Both the position numbers and the translations under genes were made by a program. From an uncultured Gemmatimonadales bacterium (GTDB lineage: Bacteria > Gemmatimonadota > Gemmatimonadetes > Longimicrobiales > RSA9): a stretch of DNA of 64,000 nucleotides. The notes below the pieces were generated by a model that saw only the letters and a program-made list of their open reading frames with translations, was not told the DNA's origin and ran no database searches. Below are positions 11,470 through 19,860 of the stretch, piece after piece. The DNA lies in NCBI GenBank assembly GCA_963708135.1, contig OY970192.1, positions 4,160,001-4,224,000 on the forward strand. The letters are read 5' to 3'. Positions within the stretch are counted from its first letter, which is position 1; each line of letters opens with the position of its first letter.

Positions 11470-11498
11470 AGGATAAGCGTCTTGGCGTGCGCCGTCAA
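11470..11498 (-). promoter_or_regulatory. Putative sigma70-type promoter driving the antisense RNA candidate
   Basis: Minus strand TTGACG (11498-11493), 17-nt spacer, TATCCT (11475-11470). Confidence 0.65.
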
Positions 11499-11560
11499 GG
11501 CCTTCTTTCAGGCCCACAAGCCGTTGTTATGAAACAAGATGCTGGACTGGTGGGAAATGT

Positions 11561-11728
11561 TGTGGAAACCTGGAACGGCGGTGGAGCGGCAACATTCCTT
11601 CGCCGTTCGGGTTAGCGGTTTGTAACGATTGGATCCACAGGTTTCTTCAATTTTTCTACAGGTTTTCCACCGCCGTTCGGCCGTTGTCCACGTGGGCCCC
11701 GGGCTTTGTTCACGCGCTGTGTGGAAAA
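11561..11728. promoter_or_regulatory. Cluster of DnaA-box-like 9-mers in an AT-enriched patch (candidate oriC or DnaA-binding locus)
   Basis: TGTGGAAAC 11561, GGATCCACA 11631, TTTTCTACA 11652, TTTTCCACC 11663, TTGTCCACG 11684, TTGTTCACG 11706, TGTGGAAAA 11720 (reverse complement TTTTCCACA matches TTWTNCACA). Confidence 0.6.
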
Positions 11729-11821
11729 TGGGCGGGCGGAGCGGCGGTGGGCCGAGGGCGCGGCTGCCGGACGTCGCGGGGCGATGGCTCCGCAGGTGGC
11801 CCCGGGGGGCGCCGGGAGCGA

Positions 11822-11850
11822 TTGTCCGGGCCTGGGCGGCGTCGTAGTAT
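11822..11850 (+). promoter_or_regulatory. Putative sigma70-type promoter for lpdA
   Basis: TTGTCC-N17-TAGTAT, 40 nt before the lpdA GTG start; GAGGTG RBS. Confidence 0.55.
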
Positions 11851-11890
11851 TGGAAGCTACGAGCGAAACACTCCGAGTGAGAGGTGAGGC

Positions 11891-13288
11891 GTGGCGGAGA
11901 ACACCTTCGACCTGATCGTGATCGGGGCGGGGCCGGGCGGTTACGTTGCGGCGATCCGCGCGGCGCAGCTGGGGATGCGGGTGGCGTGCGTGGAGGCGGA
12001 CAAGCTGGGGGGCGTCTGCAACAACGTGGGGTGCATTCCGACGAAGGCGCTGCTGGAAGCGGCAATGTACGCGCGGCGGATTCCGGAGCTGAAGGAGTTC
12101 GGGATCACGGTGGCGGATGTGAAGCTGGACCTGGGGCGGGCGGGCAAGCGGGCGAAGACGGTGGCGGGCCAGGGGTCGAAGGGGGTGGGCTACCTGTTCA
12201 AGAAGAACGGAGTGGAGCCGGTGTCGGGCTGGGCGCGTCTCGTGGGGGGGGGCAAGGTGGAGGTGGAGGGCTCGGAGGGGAAGCGGACGCTGACGGCCAA
12301 GGCGATCATGCTGGCGACGGGGTCACGGCCGAAGTCTTTGCCGATGCTGAAGATCGACGGGCAGCGGGTGTGGAGCTCGGATCAGGCTGTGTTTCCGACG
12401 GAGGCGCCGGGGACGCTGGGGATCATCGGCGCGGGGGCGATCGGAATGGAGTTCGCGGACGTGTACAACGCGTTCGGCACGAAGGTGACGCTGGTGGAGG
12501 CGATGGAGCAGGTGCTTCCGCTGGAGGATGCGGATGCGGCGAAGGTGGTGGAGAAGGCGTTCAAGAAGCGGGGCATCGAGGTGATGACGGGCGCGAGGCT
12601 GGAGAGTGCGGAAGTGGGGAAGCAGGGGGTGAAGCTGGTGGTGAAGACGAAGGGGGGCGAGGAGAAGGCGGTCGAGGTCGAGCGAGTGCTTGTGGCAGTC
12701 GGCCGGGCGCCGATCGTGGAGGATGTGGGGGCGGAGAAGGCGGGCGTGAAGGTGGAGCGGGGCTTCTTCCAGGTGGATGACCAGCTGCGCACGACCGCGG
12801 CGGGGGTCTGGGCGATCGGGGACTGCGCGCGGCCGCCGCTGCTGGCGCACAAGGCGTCGCACGAAGGGATCGCGGTGGTGGAGGCGATCGCGGGCGTCGG
12901 TCACGGGATGGTGGACTACGACAACATCCCGAGCGTGACGTACTGCCATCCGGAGGTGGCGTCGACGGGACTGACGGAGAAGGCGGCGCGGGAGAAGGGG
13001 CTGGACATCGAGGTGGGGGTGTTCCCGTTCAGCGCGAACGGCCGGGCGCGCACGGCGGGGGAGACGGAGGGGTTCGTGAAGGTGATCCGTGAGAAGCGCT
13101 ACAGCGAGATCGTGGGCGCGCACATCGTGGGCCCGCACGCGAGTGAGCTGATCGCCGAGTTCGTGGTGGGACGCGAGCTCGAGACGACGGCGGAGGAGAT
13201 GGACCGGGCGATGCACCCTCATCCGACGCTCTCGGAGGCGGTGGCGCAGGCGGCGCTGGCCTCTCTTGGGCGCCCGATCGACCTGTAG
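11891..13288 (+). CDS. lpdA: Dihydrolipoamide dehydrogenase (E3)
   Basis: GAGPGGYVAA, GGVCNNVGCIPTK redox disulfide, GAGAIGME, HPHPTLSE. Confidence 0.97.
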   Translation: MAENTFDLIVIGAGPGGYVAAIRAAQLGMRVACVEADKLGGVCNNVGCIPTKALLEAAMYARRIPELKEFGITVADVKLDLGRAGKRAKTVAGQGSKGVGYLFKKNGVEPVSGWARLVGGGKVEVEGSEGKRTLTAKAIMLATGSRPKSLPMLKIDGQRVWSSDQAVFPTEAPGTLGIIGAGAIGMEFADVYNAFGTKVTLVEAMEQVLPLEDADAAKVVEKAFKKRGIEVMTGARLESAEVGKQGVKLVVKTKGGEEKAVEVERVLVAVGRAPIVEDVGAEKAGVKVERGFFQVDDQLRTTAAGVWAIGDCARPPLLAHKASHEGIAVVEAIAGVGHGMVDYDNIPSVTYCHPEVASTGLTEKAAREKGLDIEVGVFPFSANGRARTAGETEGFVKVIREKRYSEIVGAHIVGPHASELIAEFVVGRELETTAEEMDRAMHPHPTLSEAVAQAALASLGRPIDL

Positions 13289-13293
13289 CGGCG

Positions 13294-14658
13294 ATGGAGG
13301 CGGTGCCTTTCCTGTCCGCGATTCTGGCGCACGAGGCGCCTGCCGTCGGCGGGTATGCCCGGGGCGAGGTGCGTCCCCGGCCGAAGGGGTGGGCGGCGGT
13401 GGCGGTGGGGGCGGCAGGGCTGGTCACGGCGACGGTGCTCATGCTGCGGGATGCCGCCCCGTTCGCGACGATGTACTACGTGTTCGCGTGGTACAGCACG
13501 CTGCTGGCGCTGTATGGCGTGCTGGCACTGGTGTCGGGCCGGTCGCCGGCGCTGCGGCGGCCGGCGTCGCTGGCGACGATGCTCGGCTGGTCGGTCGTGG
13601 TGTGGCTGTTCTTCGAGCTGCTGAATCTGCGGCTGCGGGATTGGTACTACGTGTTCGTGCCGAGGGAAGGGGCGGTGCGCTGGGTCTACATTGCCGTCTC
13701 CTTCGCGACGGTCCTGCCGGCGGTGTTCGGCGCCGAGGCGCTGCTGGAGGGATTGGGCGTGGCGGAGCGGGCGCGCTGGCCGCGGCTCCGTGTGACGCCG
13801 CGGCTGCTGCGGGGGGTCCGCGCGGCCGGCGCGCTGGCGCTGGTTCTGCCGCTTCTCTGGCCGCGCTGGTTCTTTCCGCTGGTGTGGGGCTCGGCCACGC
13901 TGTTGCTGGAGCCATCGGTGTACCGGCGGGACCCGGCGCGCTCGCTGCTGCACGACCTGGAGGAGGGCCGACCCGGGCGGATGCTGCGCATCCTGCTCGG
14001 CGGAGCCGCGATCGGATTCCTCTGGGAGATGTTCAACATCCGTGCGCGTGGGAAGTGGATCTACACGGTTCCCGGCTTCGACGACGGCAAGCTGTTCGAG
14101 ATGCCGGTGCTGGGGTTCTTCGGGTTTCCGCCGTTCGCGGTGGACTGCTATGTGATGTGGCAGCTGCTGGTCGTGCAGGGGCTCGCGGTGCCGCTCGCGG
14201 GGCGCCCGCTGCCGGCGCGCCGGCTGAAGCGCTGGGGCAGCGCGCTGGGGGCGGTGGCGTTCAGCGCCGTGGTCCTGCGGGGGATGGAGGCGCGCACGAT
14301 CTCCTCGGTCGCGCCGCGACTCTCGGACGTGCCCGGGATCCCGGCGCCGGCGCTCCGCGACGCCGGCTACGACGTTTTCTCGCTCAGCTCCGCGTCACCG
14401 GCGGCGGTGGCGCTGGCCACGGGCGCGAGCCCGGAGGAGTCGGCGCGCTGGGTGTCGGCGGCGCGGCTGGTCACCCTGCGGGGGATCGGCACGCGCAACG
14501 CGCGCGACCTGATGGCGGTAGGGATCCAGTCGCCCGGCAGGCTGGCGGCCGCGGACCCGGCGTGGCTCGCCCGCGCGCTGCGCGCGCGGACCGGGCGGCC
14601 GGTGGTGGATGCGCGGCTGCGCGTCTGGATCCGCGCCGCGCGCGCGGCCACTCCGTAG
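13294..14658 (+). CDS. Polytopic membrane protein with C-terminal DUF4332-like (helix-hairpin-helix) domain
   Basis: Multiple hydrophobic segments, LWEMFN..KWIY..KLFEMPVLGFFGFPPF; C-terminal LVTLRGIG..L.AVGI...RVWIRAAR. Confidence 0.7.
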   Translation: MEAVPFLSAILAHEAPAVGGYARGEVRPRPKGWAAVAVGAAGLVTATVLMLRDAAPFATMYYVFAWYSTLLALYGVLALVSGRSPALRRPASLATMLGWSVVVWLFFELLNLRLRDWYYVFVPREGAVRWVYIAVSFATVLPAVFGAEALLEGLGVAERARWPRLRVTPRLLRGVRAAGALALVLPLLWPRWFFPLVWGSATLLLEPSVYRRDPARSLLHDLEEGRPGRMLRILLGGAAIGFLWEMFNIRARGKWIYTVPGFDDGKLFEMPVLGFFGFPPFAVDCYVMWQLLVVQGLAVPLAGRPLPARRLKRWGSALGAVAFSAVVLRGMEARTISSVAPRLSDVPGIPAPALRDAGYDVFSLSSASPAAVALATGASPEESARWVSAARLVTLRGIGTRNARDLMAVGIQSPGRLAAADPAWLARALRARTGRPVVDARLRVWIRAARAATP

Positions 14659-14749
14659 ACTCCTGGCGGAACGCCAGGCGGCGCCGGCAACGTCGATGCG
14701 GGCGGCGTCCCTCGCGTGAGCCGCACCTGCTTCCGGGAGGCGCTGGCTC

Positions 14750-15818
14750 TCACGGCGTGACCTCGAGCCGTCCCGCCTCACCTTCCAGCACGGCCCCGAT
14801 GACGACGCCGGTGCCGCCCTGCGCGCGCAGGGCAGCCACGAGATCCCCGGCCTGCTCGGCGGGCAGCGCCACGAGAAGGCCACCCGAGGTCTGCGCGTCC
14901 GTCAGGAGCGCCCGCACGTCCTCGGGAACGTCCGGCCGCCAATCCACGTCCGCCGCTTCCTCGAGGTTGCGGCGGCTGCCGCCCGGGATGTGGCCGGCGC
15001 GGGCGAGCTCGAGAGCGTCCGGCAGGAGCGGCACGGCGCCGGCGCTCAAGCGGCCGGCGACGCCGCTCGCGCGGAGCATCTCCCGCAGGTGGCCCACCAG
15101 CCCGAAGCCAGTGACGTCCGTGGCGGCGTGGGCGCCCGCCCGGAGCATGGCCTCCGCGGCGGCGCGGTTCAGGGTGGCCATGCTGGCGACGGCGGCCTCC
15201 ACCGAGCTCGCGGCCGCGGCTCCGGCCTTGAGGGCAGTGGAAACGATCCCCGTGCCGAGCGGCTTGGTGAGGACCAGCCGGTCGCCGGGACGGGCGGTGC
15301 TGTTGCGGACGATGGCGTCGGGCACCGCCTCTCCGATGACCGCGAGCCCGAACTTCGGCTCCTCGTCGTCGATGGAATGGCCGCCGAGGATCGGCACCCC
15401 CGCCAGGCGAGCGGCCTCGCCTCCGCCACGGACGATCTCCTCGAGCAGTCCCTCGCCGAGCAGCCGCCGGGGGAACGCCACGAGGTTCAGGGCGAAGAGG
15501 GGCCGGGCACCCATGGCGTAGACGTCGGAGAGCGCGTTGGCCGCGGCGATGCGCCCGAAGTCGTAGGGGTCGTCCACGATGGGCGTGAAGAAGTCCACCG
15601 TGGCGACGAGGGCGCGCCCGGCGTCGAGCCGGTAGACGGCGGCATCGTCCGCGGTGCCGGCATCGACCAGCACGGCGGGATCGTGGAACGGGACCAGGTG
15701 ACGCAGGACCTGCGTCAGCTCGGCAGCGCCGAGCTTGCAGGCTCAGCCCGCGCCGTGCGAGAAGCTGCGTGAGGCGCAGCCTCGGCCGCTGGTCCCTCGG
15801 CGAATCGATGCTTTCCAT
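14750..15818 (-). CDS. selD: Selenophosphate synthetase (selenide, water dikinase); selenocysteine UGA at 15745-15743; one extra base near 15764-15762 breaks the frame
   Basis: ATG15818 frame gives MESIDSPRDQRPRLRLTQ; the +1 frame gives FSHGAG-UGA-ACKLG...DDAAVY, TVDFFTPIVDDPYDFGRIAAANALSDVYAMG, GGHSI, TDVTGFGL, DAQTSGGLL. Confidence 0.93.
15708..15742 (-). promoter_or_regulatory. Bacterial SECIS-like hairpin immediately 3' of the selD UGA
   Basis: CCTGC/GCAGG lower stem and AGCTCGGC/GCCGAGCT upper stem; G-starting apical loop about 15 nt after the UGA. Confidence 0.7.
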
Positions 15819-15907
15819 GGCGGGAATGTAGGGGCGGCGCCCGTTGCGGGGAATGGAAGTTGCTCCTGTGGACGACCGAACGTCCCGAGCCGGGGGGGGG
15901 GTGAGGC

Positions 15908-16219
15908 ATGTCCGAGCACACGGGTCCGGAGGGACCGGCCGAGTTCACCACGCAGGAGGGGATGTCGCTGGCGCTGTCCTACCTGGACGATCCGTCGGAC
16001 GTGGACTGCCCGCGCTGCGGTCCGGGGCTGATGGAGGTCGTTTGCTTCCTGGACGCGGGATCGATCGGGGACGGCGCCGTGGTGCCGACGATTCCGGAGG
16101 GCGACTATACGGTGGTCCTCTACTGCCATCAGTGCGGACGGGCGGCGGCGCTGGACCTGACGCGCGACACGAAGGAGCCCGGGGGCGAAGGTCCCGGAGA
16201 GGGACGGGAGGCCGCGTAG
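15908..16219 (+). CDS. Small acidic hypothetical protein with two CxxC motifs (zinc ribbon-like)
   Basis: DCPRCG and YCHQCG; GAGG RBS before ATG. Confidence 0.7.
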   Translation: MSEHTGPEGPAEFTTQEGMSLALSYLDDPSDVDCPRCGPGLMEVVCFLDAGSIGDGAVVPTIPEGDYTVVLYCHQCGRAAALDLTRDTKEPGGEGPGEGREAA

Positions 16220-16392
16220 CCCCGCTTGCCTTCCTTGGCGTGCCGTTCCCGGCACGATTACCTTTGATCGAAACAATGACAGCAGCCGGCGAACGGCGTT
16301 GCGCGGCGCGCGGGGGAGCGCGCCGCGCGCACTCGTGCGACGCGGCGGGGCGGTGGCATGGGGCGGTGAGGGAACGAACGGGAGCGGAGTCA

Positions 16393-16674
16393 ATGAGCAA
16401 GTTCTCGCGGCCGAAGTCGTGGATCGAGCACCGGCTGGCGGACGCGCTGATGGTGGACGGCGTCGAGTACCGGGCGGACCTGGTGGCGCGGCGGGGCACG
16501 GGGGTGCAGGGCTTCCGGGTGAGCGCGGTGTTCCTGCCGCGGGGCGAGGGGCGGGAGGTCGAGGCGTCGCTGCCGAACGCGGCCAGCACGGCCGAAGTGC
16601 ACGGGCTGGTCCGGGAGCTGTCGGCGGATCCGGCGCGGCTCGAGGCGCTGTACCGGGAGGCGGCTGGATCGTGA
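16393..16674 (+). CDS. Small hypothetical protein
   Basis: GGAG RBS, 93-aa protein-like ORF, GTGA overlap with the next gene. Confidence 0.65.
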   Translation: MSKFSRPKSWIEHRLADALMVDGVEYRADLVARRGTGVQGFRVSAVFLPRGEGREVEASLPNAASTAEVHGLVRELSADPARLEALYREAAGS

Positions 16675-17504
16675 CGGCGCCGGCTTCGCCGCGCGCGCGC
16701 TTCGCGGCCGTGGTCTCGGCTTCGGAGCCGGAGCTCGACCTGGCGGCGGCGGCGCTGCTGGTGGCGGCGGAGGAGTACCCGCAGCTCCAGCCGGGGCCGT
16801 ATCTGCGGCGGCTCGACCTGCTGGCGGAGCGTGTACGGGACCGGCTGGCCAACGAGACGGCGCCGCTCGTCGTGCTGCAGGAGATGAACCGGGTGCTGTT
16901 CGAGGAGGAGGGCTTCCGCGGCAACGCGGCGGACTACTACGAGGCCCGCAACTCCTTCCTGAACAATGTGCTCGACCGCAAGCTCGGCATCCCGATCACC
17001 CTGAGCGTGGTGTACCTGGAGGTGGGCTGGCGGCTCGGGCTGCCGCTCACGGGGGTGAACTTCCCGGGCCACTTCCTGGTGCGCTACGCGGGTGAGGCGA
17101 TGCAGCTGCTGGCGGACCCGTTCCAGCGCGGGCAGCTCCGCTTCGACGATGAGGTGCAGGGACTGCTCGACCGCGTGTACGGGGGCATGGTCCGGCTGCA
17201 GCCGGAGTTCCTCAGGCCCGCCGACCGGAAGGACATCCTGGTCCGCATCCTCTCGAACCTCAAGAGCATTTACCTGAACGCGCGGGATGACGAGCGGGCG
17301 CTGGCCGCGATCGATCGGATCCTGCTGGTCCGGCCGGGCGCCGCCGGCGAGATCCTCGACCGCGGCATGCTGCTGGCGCGGCGCGGCCGCGGCGGAGAGG
17401 CGGCGCGTGACTTGGAGCACTACCTCGAGCTCGCGCCCGACTCGCCCGAGGCGGAGCGCGCGCGGATGCTGCTGGACGAGCTGCAGCGGGGGCCCGCGCA
17501 GTGA
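16671..17504 (+). CDS. SirB1/YchA-family transglutaminase-like protein with TPR
   Basis: GFRGNAADYYEARNSFLNNVLDRKLGIPITLS, GVNFPGHFLV, RILSNLKSIY. Confidence 0.9.
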   Translation: MTAPASPRARFAAVVSASEPELDLAAAALLVAAEEYPQLQPGPYLRRLDLLAERVRDRLANETAPLVVLQEMNRVLFEEEGFRGNAADYYEARNSFLNNVLDRKLGIPITLSVVYLEVGWRLGLPLTGVNFPGHFLVRYAGEAMQLLADPFQRGQLRFDDEVQGLLDRVYGGMVRLQPEFLRPADRKDILVRILSNLKSIYLNARDDERALAAIDRILLVRPGAAGEILDRGMLLARRGRGGEAARDLEHYLELAPDSPEAERARMLLDELQRGPAQ

Positions 17505-18562
17505 GCCTGCGGGAGCGACACGCCGCGCTGGGGGCCCGGTTCGCGACGGAGGGGGGCCTGGAGGTGCCCCGCCACTACGGCGAGCCGGCGGCGGAGTACG
17601 CCGCGGCGCGGGATCGCGCCGCCGTGTTCGACCGCGCCGAGCGCACCTTCCTGCGGGTGCACGGCCGTGATCCCGTGCGCATGATCCAGGGACTCCTCAC
17701 CAACGACCTGTCCGGCGCGCCGGCCGACCGCGCGGTCTACGGCGCGTTCCTCACGCCGAAGGGGCGCATGGTGGCCGACGCCCGTGTGCTGCGGGAGGAG
17801 GGCGGCGCCCTGCTGCTCGACGTCGAAAAGACCGCCCGGGACGCGCTGGTCGCGCACCTCCAGCGCTACGTGCCGCCGCTGTTCGCGCGCGTCGATGCGG
17901 GGCCCGCCGGGGAGCCGGCGATGCTCGGCGTCTACGGGCCCACGGCCGCGGCGGTGCTCGAGACGGTGCTGGGCACGGCTCCCCCCCCGGCAGCCGCGGA
18001 GCACGCGTTGTGGACGCTGTCGTGGCGGGCCGGCGAGGCGCGCGTGCTCCGCAGCGCGCTGACGGGCGATCCGGGCGGGTACGACGTGATCGTGCCGGGC
18101 GCGGCGCTGCCCGCGCTGTGGGACGCGATGATCGCGGCGGGCGCGCGACCGGCGGGCCACGGCGCGCTGGAGGTGCTGCGGATCGAGGCGGGCCGGCCGC
18201 GTTGGGGCCGCGAGCTCGACGAGACGGTGATCCCGCTGGAGGCGGGGCTGCGGGCGAGCGCGATCAGCGAGACGAAGGGGTGCTATACGGGGCAGGAGGT
18301 GATCGTCCGCATCCTCCACCGCGGCCACGTGAACCGGTCGCTTCGCGGGCTCCTTCTCGGCGACGTCCCCGCGCCGGCCTCCGGCGCGCCGCTGACCTCG
18401 CCGGACACGGGCCGGGAGGTCGGACGCGTGACCAGCGCGTGCGCCTCGCCCCGACTCGGGCAGACGATCGCGCTGGCGTACGTGCGGCGCGAGATCGAGC
18501 CGGACGGCCGGGTGCTCGTCGGGGGAGACACCGAAGCGAAAGTCGTGGCGCTGCCCTTCTGA
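17501..18562 (+). CDS. ygfZ: YgfZ/GcvT-family folate-binding Fe-S cluster repair protein
   Basis: KGCYTGQE signature; QGLLTND, LTPKGRM, RIEAG.P. Confidence 0.88.
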   Translation: MSLRERHAALGARFATEGGLEVPRHYGEPAAEYAAARDRAAVFDRAERTFLRVHGRDPVRMIQGLLTNDLSGAPADRAVYGAFLTPKGRMVADARVLREEGGALLLDVEKTARDALVAHLQRYVPPLFARVDAGPAGEPAMLGVYGPTAAAVLETVLGTAPPPAAAEHALWTLSWRAGEARVLRSALTGDPGGYDVIVPGAALPALWDAMIAAGARPAGHGALEVLRIEAGRPRWGRELDETVIPLEAGLRASAISETKGCYTGQEVIVRILHRGHVNRSLRGLLLGDVPAPASGAPLTSPDTGREVGRVTSACASPRLGQTIALAYVRREIEPDGRVLVGGDTEAKVVALPF

Positions 18563-18603
18563 ACGTGGGTCCCCGGACCCGCAGCTCCAATGGGAGTCGT
18601 GTC

Positions 18604-19860
18604 ATGGTGCCGACGCGCACGCTGCGGCAGGATGCCCCCGGCACGGCGGCCCGCCGCCGCCTCGGCCGGCTCCGTGTCATCGGCCCGGGCGCGATCGTGG
18701 CCGCGGCGTTCATCGGGCCGGGCACCGTGACGACGGCGACGCTGGCGGGAGCGCGCTACGGCTACGCCCTCCTGTGGGCGCTCACATTCTCGGTTATCGC
18801 CACGCTCGTGCTCCAGGAGATGGCGGCGCGGCTCGGGCTGGTCACCGGGGCAGGCCTCGGGGAGGCGGTCCGGCACCGGTTCCAGGGCCCGGCGGCGCGG
18901 CTCGTCGCGGTGGGGCTCGTCATCTCGGCGATCGCGTTCGGCAACGCCGCCTACGAGACGGGCAACATCCTCGGCGCGACGCTCGGCGCGCAGGGCGCGG
19001 CGGGCGGGGGCACCGGGATCTGGGCGGTGGGACTGGCCGCGCTCGCGTTCCTCCTTCTCTGGACGGGTAGCTACCGGCTGGTGGAGCGGGTGCTGATCGG
19101 GCTCGTGGTGCTCATGTCCGTGGTGTTCCTGGCCACTGCCGTGGTGCTGCGCCCGCCGCTCGGCGCCATGCTGCACGGCCTCATCGTTCCGTCGCTTCCG
19201 GGCGGGCGTGCGGGCCTGGTCCTGACCGTGGCGCTGATCGGCACGACCGTGGTGCCGTACAACCTGTTTCTGCACGCGGCCGTCGTGCGCGAGCGGTGGC
19301 CGGGCCCGGAAGCGCTCGGCGCGGCCAGGCTGGACCTGGGGATCTCGATCGTTCTCGGTGGCGTGATCAGCATGGCGATCGTGGCCACGTCCGCCGCGGC
19401 GATCGGCGGCGGCAGCGCGATCGCCAGCGCGGCCGACATGGCGCCGCAGCTCCAGCCGCTGCTCGGCTCCTGGGCGCGCATCTTCTTCGCGGCCGGGCTC
19501 ATGGCCGCTGGACTCAGCTCGGCCATCACGGCCCCGCTCGCGGCAGCCTACGCCACGGCCGGCGCGCTCGGCTGGAGCCGCGACCTGCGTGCGGGACGCG
19601 TGCGGGCCGTCTGGGCGACGGTGCTCCTCACCGGCCTCGCCTTCTCGCTCTCCGGCGTGAAACCCGTCCCCGCGATCGTCTTCGCGCAGGTGGCGAACGG
19701 GGTGCTGCTCCCCGCCATCGCCGTGTTCCTGCTGCTCGCGGCCAACGACCCGGACGCGATGGGCGCGTGGCGGAACCGCATGTGGATGAACGTGCTGGCC
19801 GGGCTCGTCGTGCTGGTGGCGCTGGGGCTCGGTCTGTGGGCGGTCGCGCGCGCGGTGTGA
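18604..19860 (+). CDS. NRAMP-family (MntH-like) divalent metal transporter
   Basis: GPGAIVAAAFIGPGTVTT, LQEMAARLG, ALIGTTVVPYNLFLH. Confidence 0.88.
   Translation: MVPTRTLRQDAPGTAARRRLGRLRVIGPGAIVAAAFIGPGTVTTATLAGARYGYALLWALTFSVIATLVLQEMAARLGLVTGAGLGEAVRHRFQGPAARLVAVGLVISAIAFGNAAYETGNILGATLGAQGAAGGGTGIWAVGLAALAFLLLWTGSYRLVERVLIGLVVLMSVVFLATAVVLRPPLGAMLHGLIVPSLPGGRAGLVLTVALIGTTVVPYNLFLHAAVVRERWPGPEALGAARLDLGISIVLGGVISMAIVATSAAAIGGGSAIASAADMAPQLQPLLGSWARIFFAAGLMAAGLSSAITAPLAAAYATAGALGWSRDLRAGRVRAVWATVLLTGLAFSLSGVKPVPAIVFAQVANGVLLPAIAVFLLLAANDPDAMGAWRNRMWMNVLAGLVVLVALGLGLWAVARAV

Noticed and set aside
10265..11470. Minus-strand ORF through the RNA candidate
   Set aside because: Runs antisense through pdhC, with no RBS or protein-like features.
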